From Candidatus Thalassarchaeaceae archaeon (GTDB lineage: Archaea > Thermoplasmatota > Poseidoniia > Poseidoniales > Thalassarchaeaceae): a stretch of 64,000 nucleotides of DNA. Within the stretch, counting starts at the first letter, position 1; every line of letters starts with the position of its first letter. The position numbers and the translations under genes are program-made. This document shows, piece by piece, positions 49,732-61,200 of this stretch. The DNA lies in NCBI GenBank assembly GCA_023700245.1, contig JAJPRE010000005.1:7106-71105 (forward strand). The letters run 5' to 3'. The notes beneath the pieces were generated by a model. That model had not been told where the DNA came from. It searched no databases and saw only the letters and a program-made list of their open reading frames with translations.

Positions 49732-51828
49732 TTAGAAACCCAAGAGGCCGCCAGCAGTTAATTCTCCAGTACCTGCTAAAACAACTGCCACTATAGACAT
49801 TAATTTAATTAGAATATTTAAAGAAGGCCCAGAAGTATCTTTGAAAGGATCTCCAATTGTATCTCCTATGATTGCAGCATCGTGAGCTGAATCTCCTTTT
49901 TCAGCACCTTTGATATGCCCTTGTTCTATTGCTTTCTTTGCATTATCCCATGCCCCACCTGCATTTGCCATGAATAGAGCCATCAAAACACCCGTTACGA
50001 GAGAGCCAGCGAGAAGGCCCCCTAGTGCGTCCCAACCTAGTAGTACTCCAACTAATACTGGAGCGATTATTGCAACTAATCCCGGTCCAACCATTTCCCT
50101 AAGTGCTGCTTGTGTTGAAATATCAATACATTTTTTAGAATCCGGTTTTACTCCCTCCTTGCCTTCCAGGAGGCCAGGAATTTCTTTAAATTGCCTTCTG
50201 ATCTCAATAACCATTTCTTGAGCGGCTTTTCCTACTGAAGTCATTGTCATTGCAGCAACCACAAATGGCAATGCCCCTCCAATTAAGAGACCAACTACGA
50301 CCATAGGATTTGTTGAGATGTCTAAATCTAAACCTATTCCGCCATCTACTATGGAAGCATTAACTGCACTAGAATAGGCTGCAAATAATGCTAGTGCAGT
50401 TAATGCTGCTGAGCCAATAGCAAATCCTTTACCTACTGCTGCAGTCGTATTTCCAATTGAATCTAGTTCATCAGTAATTGCACGAACCTCTGGACCTAAT
50501 CTACTCATTTCGGCAATACCTCCAGCGTTATCAGCAACAGGACCATAGGCATCTACAGTCATTGTTACTCCAACGGTAGCTAACATACCCATAGCAGCCA
50601 TTGCAATGCCATAGAGACCCATTTCATCTCCACCCATGAATTGATTTGCTCCCAATATACCAACAGAAATTAAGACTATAGGAAGGAATGTAGACATCAT
50701 ACCTATTGAGAGTCCTGCTATAGCATTAGTTGCAGGTCCTGTTTTTGACATTTCTCCAATATGAGAAATTGATCTAGTCGGGATACCAAAAACTGGTTCA
50801 ATACCTGTGTAGTATTCAGTAACTAATCCAATCATTATACCAATGATGCTTCCAAGAACAACCGAATGCATGACACCCAATTCAACATCGATTAAACCTT
50901 GATTAATAGCCAAATATCCTCCTGCCCAGAATAAAATAGCAGCAATGAATGTAGTATTCCTTAATGCAGCTGCTGCATTGGATCCATTCTTCAAGAAAGT
51001 CATTGAGAATACGCCTATTATAGATGCTACGTAACCAATTAATCCAAGCATAATTGGCATCAACACATAGTCTACAGACATTTCATCTGAATTACTTGCA
51101 ATAATCATTGCAGCAATTATTGAGCCGACAAAAGATTCGAAAATATCTGCACCCATTCCTGCAACATCTCCAACGTTATCTCCAACGTTATCTGCAATTA
51201 CGCCTGGGTTTCTTGGATCATCTTCTGGAATGCCAGCTTCTACTTTACCAACTAAATCTGCCCCAACATCAGCAGCTTTGGTATATATCCCACCACCTAC
51301 ACGAGCGAAGAGTGCGATTGATGAAGCCCCCATTCCGAAACCTGCAGCTGCTGAAAGATTACTAGATGCATCATCAGCACCTAGCCAAAAAGCGATCAAC
51401 GAAATTCCTAGTAATCCAAGCCCTCCAACTGAGAGGCCCATAACTGCACCTCCATTATATGATACAGATAATGCTCCTGCTTGGCCACCATTCTTAGCAG
51501 CCATTGCAGTTCTTCCATTAGCTGAAGTTGCGGCCCTCATACCTGAAAAGCCTGCAAGTACAGATGCGAATGCACCTGCAAAGAATGCGATTGAAGTCTC
51601 AAAGCCATTTAAGGCTAATAAAAGGGCCCCTACAACTGCTACAAATATACTTAGAACTTTATATTCTGCATATAAAAAAGCCATAGCCCCATCTTGAATT
51701 TCTTGAGTGATGTCGGCTACTACTTCATTATCTATTTCGACACTGTTTACTTTTCTGTATAATCCAAATGCTATTGCTAAACCAATAAGACCTGTGACTG
51801 CTGCTATTAAGGGTATATTATCCATCAT
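49732..51828 (-). CDS. hppA: Membrane-integral pyrophosphatase, K+-dependent, probably Na+-translocating
   Basis: [40 protein letters not shown] (Ala = K+-dependent) and [10 protein letters not shown] motifs. Confidence 0.95.
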   Translation of the reverse strand: MMDNIPLIAAVTGLIGLAIAFGLYRKVNSVEIDNEVVADITQEIQDGAMAFLYAEYKVLSIFVAVVGALLLALNGFETSIAFFAGAFASVLAGFSGMRAATSANGRTAMAAKNGGQAGALSVSYNGGAVMGLSVGGLGLLGISLIAFWLGADDASSNLSAAAGFGMGASSIALFARVGGGIYTKAADVGADLVGKVEAGIPEDDPRNPGVIADNVGDNVGDVAGMGADIFESFVGSIIAAMIIASNSDEMSVDYVLMPIMLGLIGYVASIIGVFSMTFLKNGSNAAAALRNTTFIAAILFWAGGYLAINQGLIDVELGVMHSVVLGSIIGIMIGLVTEYYTGIEPVFGIPTRSISHIGEMSKTGPATNAIAGLSIGMMSTFLPIVLISVGILGANQFMGGDEMGLYGIAMAAMGMLATVGVTMTVDAYGPVADNAGGIAEMSRLGPEVRAITDELDSIGNTTAAVGKGFAIGSAALTALALFAAYSSAVNASIVDGGIGLDLDISTNPMVVVGLLIGGALPFVVAAMTMTSVGKAAQEMVIEIRRQFKEIPGLLEGKEGVKPDSKKCIDISTQAALREMVGPGLVAIIAPVLVGVLLGWDALGGLLAGSLVTGVLMALFMANAGGAWDNAKKAIEQGHIKGAEKGDSAHDAAIIGDTIGDPFKDTSGPSLNILIKLMSIVAVVLAGTGELTAGGLLGF

Positions 51829-51863
51829 ATTATCTACCTACGGTCACGCCGACCCAAGTCTTA

Positions 51864-51871
51864 CTTATAAT
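51864..51871 (-). promoter_or_regulatory. Putative archaeal TATA box upstream of hppA
   Basis: Minus strand ATTATAAG(TAA), about 35 nt before the ATG; same core as the box upstream of tbp. Confidence 0.4.
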
Positions 51872-51893
51872 CGGAATCCTGATTATACACCAG

Positions 51894-52808
51894 TTAGAGT
51901 CCATCTCTGCTATCATATTTTAAAACCAAGTTTGCAAATGATGATAATATTTCAGCCCCATCGTGTTCTCCTTTGAATGATTTAAATTCATCTTCGCTTA
52001 TATGGCCCCACTCGTATGCTCTTTTTATCCTATTTTTTGCTGCTTCGGGATGAAATTGGAGCCCCCATGCAGGTAATGGATTTCCTTGGTCATCATTTAC
52101 TCTAACTGCCGTAATTTTATTATGAGTAGTTGTTGCTAGAATATCAAGACGAAATGGAACTGACATTACATGATCTTGATGAGTGTAAAGTCCTGGAATA
52201 TTGTCTCCAGGAATTAAATGAGATGTTAATAACTTATCTTCTTTACCGATTTTGGTAAGTTCTAATTCCCAAATACCACTTGATAGTGAATCATGCCTTT
52301 CGACCTTGCCTCCGAATGAATGGCAAAGTAATTGATGCCCGAAACATATTCCGAGTGTTGGAATTCCAGAGTTTGAAGATGTTTGCATGAGTAATGCTGA
52401 AGGTGCCATCCATTCTTCCCATATGCTCACATTTCTTCTAGATCCAGAACAAACAACTACATCTATATTCAAGTCTTCAAGCCAACATTTCATATTATGA
52501 TAATCTGCTATCATTGGCATAATGATCCTGCGGAAAGGTACTTTTTTATTTTCTAATTCTACTTCCAATATGCTCCAAAATGGAAATTCATCGCCCCAGT
52601 TTGGGACATCTTCTTTCGTTAATGTAATATCAGGATTTGAATTTAATTTCTTATTATAAATTGGAGATTGCATTTGAGGAGTGATCAATAGAACTTCAAC
52701 ATCTGAAGATTTTAAAAATGGCCTTACAACTTCTTGATTTCCTCCGTGTCCAAATTCAGAACGTTCTACTAATAGGTCAAGAATTAGTATTCGCGTAAGT
52801 GCTACCAC
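51894..52808 (-). CDS. Type 1 glutamine amidotransferase-like protein
   Basis: GICFGHQL and QFHPE motifs. Confidence 0.88.
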   Translation of the reverse strand: MVALTRILILDLLVERSEFGHGGNQEVVRPFLKSSDVEVLLITPQMQSPIYNKKLNSNPDITLTKEDVPNWGDEFPFWSILEVELENKKVPFRRIIMPMIADYHNMKCWLEDLNIDVVVCSGSRRNVSIWEEWMAPSALLMQTSSNSGIPTLGICFGHQLLCHSFGGKVERHDSLSSGIWELELTKIGKEDKLLTSHLIPGDNIPGLYTHQDHVMSVPFRLDILATTTHNKITAVRVNDDQGNPLPAWGLQFHPEAAKNRIKRAYEWGHISEDEFKSFKGEHDGAEILSSFANLVLKYDSRDGL

Positions 52809-52873
52809 AGATAACCGTAGAGGAAGTGTTTGAAAGCCTCGCCCCTCTTCGATTGGTTCGGAGTAGTCATTAA

Positions 52874-53158
52874 ATGGTAGACAAACAAATGATTTTGGAG
52901 TCAGTTGGACCTGTTCAGGCCATATTAGATGCGCATGACGGAGTAGTGAACATTATCGATACTACTGGTGGGATTATCATGATATCATTAGAAGGAGGAT
53001 GTACTGGATGTAGTGCAACTCCAATGACTGCAATGCAAATATATTATTCATTAATGAAACTTGATGAGGTACAGGATGTTATTTTCGTAAATGGTGAATT
53101 ACCGGCATATATGCGTTCTTTTATTGATGATAAATTAAATGGCGAGAATAAAGAATAA
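52874..53158 (+). CDS. NifU/Nfu-like Fe-S scaffold domain protein
   Basis: HDG.V and LEGGCTGC motifs. Confidence 0.8.
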   Translation: MVDKQMILESVGPVQAILDAHDGVVNIIDTTGGIIMISLEGGCTGCSATPMTAMQIYYSLMKLDEVQDVIFVNGELPAYMRSFIDDKLNGENKE

Positions 53159-53160
53159 TT

Positions 53161-53496
53161 TTATTTATCTCTGCGTTTTTTCATTATTTCATGGGGATTA
53201 ATTTCACCTTGGACATCTTTTCCTTTGATATTTAACGAAGCAGTGAGTGCAACTATTATTGCCAAAATTGCTAAAGGCCTCGCAGCATTCCTTGATTCCC
53301 ATAATTCCCCTCCAAGATAATGCAATAAGAACAACATAATTGCTGATGTCCAGCATAATGACATAATGACTCTTTGAGTAATTATTTCACCATTTTGTGA
53401 ACGTGCTAATGTGCCAATTGAAATCCATAAGAAAAGAGCGGCCCCACAAAGAGTTAGAGAAATATTCTCCAGCAGATCTAACATTTCCATAGCCAC
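53161..53496 (-). CDS. Hypothetical membrane protein
   Basis: 111 aa with three hydrophobic segments. Confidence 0.65.
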   Translation of the reverse strand: MAMEMLDLLENISLTLCGAALFLWISIGTLARSQNGEIITQRVIMSLCWTSAIMLFLLHYLGGELWESRNAARPLAILAIIVALTASLNIKGKDVQGEINPHEIMKKRRDK

Positions 53497-53584
53497 TCGT
53501 AATGGTCTTCACTTGTTTAGATTAGGGAGATTAGCACACAATCAAGGGACAGAATCAAGTTGAATGACTATTTGACTTAAAAAT

Positions 53585-55519
53585 ATGGTGAACATTTCCG
53601 CATGGTCACTTCCAAAAACAAAAAGAATAGTTTCGCCATATATTACTAAATCACAATTGGCAACAGTACTTGAACAAGCTGCCGTCCTATTGGAATTAGA
53701 TGGAGCTAATAGATTTAGAGTAATAGCCTATCAAAATGCAAGTCGGGCGCTTTCATCTTTAGAAGAAGATCTTCTAAAAGTAATAATTGATAATAGAATA
53801 ACAGACATTAAAGGAATTGGTAAAGGAATTGGAGGATTGATTGAAGAAGCAGTTCTAGAAGGAACATGGGGGGGCTTGTATGACCTCTATGGAAGAGTCC
53901 CCCGTGGCTTAGTAGAAATGGTCGGAATTCCAGGATTGGGCCCTAAAAGGGCACGACAATTATATGAGAAATTAGGAATTGATTCTGTAGAATCACTGAA
54001 ATTTGCTTGTTCGAATGATCATATTTCTTCTTTATCAGGTTTTGGAAAAAAAAGTCAAGAAAAATATCTTGAAGGAATTGATTTACTTAGGCGATACCAA
54101 GGCAGGAGTAGGATGGATGTTGGATTAGCATACGGACACGCATTGGAAAGAAGAATATCAAATATCCCTAGGGTAGTAAAGGTAGAATTGGCAGGTAGTG
54201 CAAGAAGAAAGAGAGAGACTATAGGCGATTTAGACATAGTACTTGGAGCAAAACCGGATGATCAAGCAGGAATAATTAAAGAAATAATGAATTTTCCAGG
54301 AATAGCAGAAATTAAGGGACAGGGTAGTTCCAAAATTAGTCTTATTTTAGAAGCAGAGATGCTTGTAGAAAAAATTAATGTTTCAGGAATAGACATTGGA
54401 TTAGCGGAAACTCTTGTTGAAAGAAGTTTGGACGCCACAATAGATGCTCAAATTAGAATTGTTGATCCAGAATCATTTCCATTCACGCTAGCCTATTTTA
54501 CTGGATCAAAAGAGCATAATATAAGGATGAGGCAAATTGCCATTAATAAGGGCTTACGTTTAAATGAATTTGGATTATTTTCAGAAGAGGAAGCTGGCAG
54601 TAAGATAGGTAAAGAAGCTGCGAAAAATACACTTATATGTTCTACAGAAGAGGATATTTATCATCATTTAGGACTAAGATGGGTGCCCCCAGAATTACGT
54701 GAAGATATGGGAGAAATTGAAGCATCTGCAAATAATAATTTACCAAATCTGATAAAGGTTGAGGACTTAAGAGGATCTTTTCACAATCACACAATTGCTT
54801 CGGATGGAAATGCTACTTTAGAAGAAATGAGTAATTATGCAATCAAAATGGGATGGGAATATCTAGGAATTGCTGATCATTCAGAGTCGTTAAATATAGG
54901 TGGAAAATCCATAGGAATTGCAAGTGAAGATATTTTAAAGCAAAAATTAGAAATTCAAAATTTAAATAAAAAATGGATAGAGCAAGATGTAGAATTTAGG
55001 ATTTTTCATGGTTCGGAATGCGATATAATGCCTGATGGAAGATTGGATTATTCTGATGAAATTAGATCTTCATTATCGCATATCGTCGGATCAGTTCATG
55101 CATTAGGGAGTTGGCGCAATAGAGATGAATATACAAATACTGAGGCATTGATAAATGCAATTGAAGATCCAACATTTACAATATTAGGACATCCAACTGG
55201 AAGGATACTACAAGGAAGAGAGGGATTTCCTGTAGATATGCATGCTATTTTACGGAGAATGGGCGAAATCAATGCAGAAGGAATACTTAAGGCGGTTGAA
55301 ATTAATGCTTCTCCATATCGCCTCGACATGGATTGGAGATTATGTAAATACGCCAAAGAACTTGGAGTCCCTGTCTGCATTAATCCTGATGCCCATAACC
55401 CCGAAGGTTTGAATGACATATGGTTCGGCACTCAAATTGCTAGAAAAGGATGGTTGGAAAAAGAGGATATTTTGAATACTAAATCTGCCAGTGAAATTGA
55501 AAGGCTACTTGGTCAATAA
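53585..55519 (+). CDS. polX: DNA polymerase X / PHP phosphoesterase fusion
   Basis: NRFRVIAY, IPGLGPK, AGSARR, GDLD, YFTGSKEHN and LNEFG; PHP motifs HNHT..SDG, DHS, HPTGR, EIN and DAH. Confidence 0.93.
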   Translation: MVNISAWSLPKTKRIVSPYITKSQLATVLEQAAVLLELDGANRFRVIAYQNASRALSSLEEDLLKVIIDNRITDIKGIGKGIGGLIEEAVLEGTWGGLYDLYGRVPRGLVEMVGIPGLGPKRARQLYEKLGIDSVESLKFACSNDHISSLSGFGKKSQEKYLEGIDLLRRYQGRSRMDVGLAYGHALERRISNIPRVVKVELAGSARRKRETIGDLDIVLGAKPDDQAGIIKEIMNFPGIAEIKGQGSSKISLILEAEMLVEKINVSGIDIGLAETLVERSLDATIDAQIRIVDPESFPFTLAYFTGSKEHNIRMRQIAINKGLRLNEFGLFSEEEAGSKIGKEAAKNTLICSTEEDIYHHLGLRWVPPELREDMGEIEASANNNLPNLIKVEDLRGSFHNHTIASDGNATLEEMSNYAIKMGWEYLGIADHSESLNIGGKSIGIASEDILKQKLEIQNLNKKWIEQDVEFRIFHGSECDIMPDGRLDYSDEIRSSLSHIVGSVHALGSWRNRDEYTNTEALINAIEDPTFTILGHPTGRILQGREGFPVDMHAILRRMGEINAEGILKAVEINASPYRLDMDWRLCKYAKELGVPVCINPDAHNPEGLNDIWFGTQIARKGWLEKEDILNTKSASEIERLLGQ

Positions 55520-55554
55520 CGAACATTCACATATCATCGGGTCAATGGGTAAAT

Positions 55555-55761
55555 ATGGGAATTGCACGCGGGGTAGTTTTTGCTGGAGTTGCATTTCTTC
55601 CTAGCCTTGTTTTGGGCCTAATCCTATACATCGTATTAGGAGGTAATACGGGTAGTTCCGTCGGAGGGGCAGATTTCATGTATGGGCCATGTTATGGGGT
55701 ACCGTTTATTTGTATCCTTTCTGCATTTGTAATGGGAATATCTGCTGATGTGAGAGAATAG
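55555..55761 (+). CDS. Small hypothetical membrane protein
   Basis: 68 aa, two TM segments, in operon spacing between polX and nth. Confidence 0.6.
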   Translation: MGIARGVVFAGVAFLPSLVLGLILYIVLGGNTGSSVGGADFMYGPCYGVPFICILSAFVMGISADVRE

Positions 55762-55762
55762 A

Positions 55763-56407
55763 ATGCTGAGATCGCAAAAGGCTAAAAAAATTGGCATCTT
55801 ATTAGATGAAATGTATCCAAAGCAACCCATACCCTTAGATCATAAAGATATCTATACCTTATTAGTGGCTGTAATGCTTTCTGCACAAACAACAGACAAA
55901 AAGGTAAATCAGGTCACTCCAAATCTTTTCAAAATTGCAGATAACCCAGAAAGTATGAGTAAGTTGGAAGTTGACGAAATTAGGGAAATTATTCGTGAAG
56001 TTGGGCTAGCTCCAACTAAAGCGAAGAATTTGAAAAAAATGGCCCTACAAATATTAGATAATAATGGAGAAATATATCCGGATTGGGATTTTCTAGAATC
56101 ACTGGCAGGAGTTGGCCATAAAACAGCAGGAGTAGTGATGGCTCAAGGATTTGGTAAAACAGCTTTTCCAATTGATACGCACATACACAGATTGGCGACT
56201 AGATGGGGCCTAACAAATGGTAAAAATGTAAAAAAAACAGAATATGATTTAAAGAAGGTTTTTCAAGAAGATACTTGGAATAGACGGCATTTGCAAATAA
56301 TTTATTTTGGAAGAGAACATTGCCCAGCATTACGGCATGATTTGACTCAATGTCCGATATGTTCATGGGCGGCTACAAAAAAAAGAATACATGAAGAGAG
56401 GAAATAA
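55763..56407 (+). CDS. nth: Endonuclease III
   Basis: LSAQTTD, HhH motif LAGVGHKTA, PIDTH and GREHC. Confidence 0.93.
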   Translation: MLRSQKAKKIGILLDEMYPKQPIPLDHKDIYTLLVAVMLSAQTTDKKVNQVTPNLFKIADNPESMSKLEVDEIREIIREVGLAPTKAKNLKKMALQILDNNGEIYPDWDFLESLAGVGHKTAGVVMAQGFGKTAFPIDTHIHRLATRWGLTNGKNVKKTEYDLKKVFQEDTWNRRHLQIIYFGREHCPALRHDLTQCPICSWAATKKRIHEERK

Positions 56408-56408
56408 A

Positions 56409-56990
56409 ATGGATAGATTTGAAGGTAGGATTTCAGCTTCATCATTTTCAACAGGAGAAAAAATTGTGATAGGAGACTGGAGTAAATCTCCTCTTGGAAA
56501 ATTTGTAAATATTATGTGGGCCAGACCTAATGGAAGGAGAATTTTAATCTCTCCTTCAGAAAAATGTGCCGAATATGTATCAAAAATATATTCATTTGAA
56601 GAAGTTATAATTCAGCCCATAGAAATAAAGAGGTATGCTAATAAAATTGAAATAAAGACTTTGGATTTGAAATTAATATTAGAATGGAGAGGGTTTTTTC
56701 CACTTCCAATAAATAGGCCAAGATGGTTCATATCTACAATAGAGAATTTTATAGGGAATCTTGTATTTGGTTCAAAAACCTATGGAAAAACAAGAGATGG
56801 GCGTAAAGAATGGTATATGATAAAAGGAATTTCTTTAATATCAAAGGCATATGGCGAGAATAAGGGAGAATCTTTTGGAACTATTGAACATCGTAAAATT
56901 CCGACACTATTTGGATTCAGTGAACCTCCAAAAAGACCATCATCAGTAAAGGTTGTTTCCTTAATAGAGAAAACTAGACTTGATGTGTGA
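56409..56990 (+). CDS. Conserved hypothetical protein
   Basis: ~193-aa ORF in operon; G.W..SPLG, Y.F and FGFS motifs. Confidence 0.65.
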   Translation: MDRFEGRISASSFSTGEKIVIGDWSKSPLGKFVNIMWARPNGRRILISPSEKCAEYVSKIYSFEEVIIQPIEIKRYANKIEIKTLDLKLILEWRGFFPLPINRPRWFISTIENFIGNLVFGSKTYGKTRDGRKEWYMIKGISLISKAYGENKGESFGTIEHRKIPTLFGFSEPPKRPSSVKVVSLIEKTRLDV

Positions 56991-57008
56991 TGACTCATAC
57001 GAGTACCT

Positions 57009-57491
57009 ATGGTAGAAACGACAGAATTGGAAGTTGGAGATATTGCGCCCGAATTTGAATGCTTGATAACAGATGGAACATTAATCAATCTTAAAGATGT
57101 TTTAAACGATGGTAGGGGAGTGATTCTATATTTCTATCCCAGAGATAATACTCCTGGATGTACCATACAAGCGTGTGATTTTAGAGATAATTTTAGCAGA
57201 CTTGATAATTCAGGATGGAAGGTAATTGGAGTTTCTACTGATACTCCCAAAAGCCATGAAAAGTTCATAAATAAGTATGATTTACCCTTTGATTTAATTG
57301 TTGATGAGGATTCATCTTTACATAAAAAATATGGCACATGGGGGAAAAGAAACATGTATGGAAAGGAATATATGGGTTGTTTAAGATCAACATTTGTCAT
57401 ATCAAAAGATGGAAAAATCATGTCATCCATGTATGGAGTTAGTGCAAAGGGGCATGTAGATAAATTGATTACACAATTAGGAGTTGAATAA
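57009..57491 (+). CDS. bcp: Thioredoxin-dependent peroxiredoxin (BCP/PrxQ)
   Basis: YFYPRDNTPGCTIQACDFRD motif. Confidence 0.95.
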   Translation: MVETTELEVGDIAPEFECLITDGTLINLKDVLNDGRGVILYFYPRDNTPGCTIQACDFRDNFSRLDNSGWKVIGVSTDTPKSHEKFINKYDLPFDLIVDEDSSLHKKYGTWGKRNMYGKEYMGCLRSTFVISKDGKIMSSMYGVSAKGHVDKLITQLGVE

Positions 57492-57493
57492 TT

Positions 57494-57727
57494 ATGATGA
57501 TAGGTGAAAGGAGAGAGGTCGTTGAACGTTTTTTAGAAAGATGTATTATATATTCAAATGCATCAATAGAACGTAAAGAAGGCAGAAATGATAATTTAGA
57601 AGATATAAATAAATGGAAGGCATATAGAGATTTTATGCAAATAACTGTAAAAGAGATACGAGCAAAGGAATTGGATACTTGGCTTGAAGATGGCCCAGTC
57701 TCTTATGAGCCCGGAACAGAAAAATAA
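57494..57727 (+). CDS. Small hypothetical protein
   Basis: 77-aa ORF, SD-like GGAG, 2 nt after the bcp stop. Confidence 0.65.
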   Translation: MMIGERREVVERFLERCIIYSNASIERKEGRNDNLEDINKWKAYRDFMQITVKEIRAKELDTWLEDGPVSYEPGTEK

Positions 57728-57735
57728 ACTTGCCT

Positions 57736-58191
57736 TCAAGTAATATTTGATAGGCCAAGAATATGTTTGTGCGTGTCGACCCTCATATTCAAACCAGGAA
57801 CCATCAGAAGAGTATCAGATTCATTTAATGCAAAAACATTTAATCCATTATTTTCTGCTAGTTGACGTATTTCCCTACTACATTTTGCAGTTTGTGAAGG
57901 CATATGAATTAATTCTTTTAAATTAAATAAAAGTAAATTGCCATTGATTAATTCTTTATCCATGCCGATTAAATTTAATCTACGTAAATTATCCGGTTTG
58001 AGATATATTACTTTATGAGTCGGTTTAACTATCATTTTGTTAGTCCATTCAGAAATACGATTATCCGATAAATGTATAATACTATCTCCAGCTTGTGGAT
58101 TAGGAAAATTTGATTGAACCATTTCATCATTTTCTAAATGTTTTTTTAAGTTTGGATTGGGCAATCCTAACAGACGGAAAAGGTTGACCAT
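57736..58191 (-). CDS. sepF: Archaeal SepF-like (DUF552) cell division protein
   Basis: N-terminal amphipathic LFRLLG; C-terminal core ELINGNLLLFNL...IRQLAE..G..VF.L....LLMVP. Confidence 0.5.
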   Translation of the reverse strand: MVNLFRLLGLPNPNLKKHLENDEMVQSNFPNPQAGDSIIHLSDNRISEWTNKMIVKPTHKVIYLKPDNLRRLNLIGMDKELINGNLLLFNLKELIHMPSQTAKCSREIRQLAENNGLNVFALNESDTLLMVPGLNMRVDTHKHILGLSNIT

Positions 58192-58205
58192 GATAGCCGT
58201 GATAA

Positions 58206-61200
58206 CTACTCCTCAAAGAGTGCTTCGATGTCATCTTCGGATAACATGACATTTGAGGCGGGTATTTCTTTTTCCAATGCACTAGAATCATTGGGATGGT
58301 TATTTTTTAATTCTGAAATATCAGATGCTATATCTACATTGTTAATTGATTTATTGGAACTAATAGAATCAAATATTTCGTTTAAATCTGAATCTTTTAA
58401 TTTATTATTTGTTATTTTATCATCTTCCTTATTTCTATATCTAATTGATAAAAATACTCCTCCAGTAGATATTAGGATTAAAAGTAAGATTGTGGAAGAA
58501 TTTTCTTTTATGCTATTTTCAAAATTAAGCGGTGCTTTTGACACATCAACGACCATAGTTATTGAATTGCTCTCAGATTCATCATAAACAGTCAATTTTA
58601 CTACTTTTTTACCTTCATCATCATAAAATACCTGTATCCATCTTCCGATCATGTCAACATCATTAGAAGGATTACCATCGCCATCAGAATCTAATGAAGT
58701 ATCAATATCCCAATGATAAATCATATTTTCTATATCGAATTCAGAATCAATAGTCCCGTTAGCAGATAAAGAAATAGCCTGTCCTTGTTGAAGATTTAGG
58801 CTATTTGTTGATGCTACAGCCATGGGCCTAGTGTTTCGAACATCAATATCTATTTTGGCGGAATCTCTGCTACCATCATCATCTGTAACATGAAAAACTA
58901 TAAAATCTGGAGCCGATACAGAATCTTCCCAAATATATGATATGTAAGTAGAGTTGAAATCGCAATCATCATCCTCGTTTCCGAACAAGTCAGAATTAAC
59001 CAATGGATCAATATCAAAGCATGAAGTCAGAGAATCTACATCATTAGAAGTATCCATAACTCCAATATTAAAAATCAATTCTTCTCCTTCTTGTACAGGT
59101 AATCTTGGACTAATAGAGACAATATAAGGAGCAATATTTTCAATTTCTATGGGTATAATCAATGTTTTTGTATCTCCTTCGAAGATAGCAGATTCATTAT
59201 CATTATCAAGAATTTGTAAAGTTGCTAGTTGGAGCCCTGCAAATGTGTAAGTATGATTTATCTCGCCCATAATACCATAATTAGTTAATTCCAATTCAGG
59301 ATTATTTTCAGCATCTGGAGACCATATATATTGAAGAGAGTCCATGTCATTCTCTGAATCTGTAACCCATGCTTTTAAAGTTAGGATTTCTCCTTCTTTG
59401 GCTACAAAAACTCCCCTATTATCAGGTGTTATCTTATTTGGACCAGACCAAACTTCAATTTTCGGATCAAAAGGTGCAATGTTAGTGACCATGACTGAAG
59501 AAGAGGCATATGTAATTGCCCCGTCATCATCAATTGCGGATACATTAATACTAAATTCTCCCTCATTAACAGGGGTAAGAGTGCACTTAGTACTTATTAG
59601 CCCTTCCTTACAATTAGGATTATCCCATAAAATGTCAACCGGAGAATTCGGGGATTGTGTATCTAAATCGATTCTGTCACTAATTTCAAATGTAACTTCA
59701 GAAAATACTGTAATTGATGTTTTGTCCGAAATTAATGTTATTTGAGGAGGCCTATTTACAACTGAAATAGAAGACATAAAAGAGTCTTGGTCGTTTTCTT
59801 CATCAGTAATTGTCAACAGTATCTGAAAATGACCATCATCATCCCATGTAGCCTCATAAATACAATCTTCTTCAAAAAAGTTTTCGAAAATATTTATTGA
59901 TATTTCAATATAAAAATCACAAACATATGAGCCCCCATCAGAGTCATAAGAGGAAGTTCCATTCAGAGATGTTTCATCCAATGTTAGTACTTCGACTGGA
60001 TGTTCCAAGGCTGCAATTGGAATTGTACCTATAAAAAGAGTAAAAATTCCATAATTATTGGATTTATTTCCATCTTGGATGAGAGTTTCGTCAGGATCAA
60101 CTAAAAATTCCAAATAGACTGACCCATGTGATTGTTGAAATGGGACTGTCCAATTTACTTCTATCCTAGATTCTTGAAGACTTGCCAAGGGAGGGACTAT
60201 CGCAAATAGTGTATTCCCATCAGGAGAATCAATTTTAAGATTAGAGGAAGGAGAAGATATTAGCCCCTTATTGGCCACAGGTACTGAAAATACTAGTATA
60301 TCCCCATAAACAGCGGTAAAACCAATGTTCGTATCTAGAGTCAGAGTACTATTATTTCTAGTTCGTTGGACGGTTACTCCTTCGGCCCTTGTTACCAAAT
60401 CAATTTCATGTATGTTTAAATTTGTACTAACTGATGCCGCCCCCAATATTGGTGAAGATTGATTGGCCCAAACAATAATTCCATGACTTGCTAAATCATC
60501 CACTGAAGCGGTTGAATCAGTACTGTTTCCAGTATTAAATTCTAAGTAATAAGAACCATTTTGATCAGTAGTAAAACTTCTTACGTCATCTTCTATTTCA
60601 TATCTAAATTGTAGTTCTAAATCCGAAACAGGCGTACCTTGATTAGTCACATTTATCCATGCATATATGTCAGCATCAATAGGAGATAATGGGTATTCTA
60701 AATCTATATTAATTTCTTTAAATCTTGTCACTGGTTGGTATGCAACTAATTCATGTACTGCTTTAAATCCTAGACTTTGAGTAAAAGAAGATTTAATATT
60801 TCCATTTATTGCAGGGCAATACCACCTATATCCTGATTCTTCGCCATCACTATTGTAAGTTGTAATGTTATATGATTGCCCACAACCAGCATAACTTACG
60901 CCTGAAAAGCCTTGAGAGACAGTTTGCCATGAAGAAGTATTATCGTCTTCAGAATTATCAGGAATATCAACATAATTACTAGAGCCGCCGTATGTAGTTT
61001 CTTGATGATAATCAGAAGCCCATAATTCACCCACATTCAATGGAAAGTCCAAGCCTTCAAGTGCAGGAGAATAACTATTATTTATTATTAAATCTGCCAC
61101 ATCTTCGTTTACGCAAAACCATAGAAAATTTGCACAAAAATCAATCTCTACTGATGCTTCTTGTGAAACAATTGCCATATCTGAAGCACGTATTATTTCA

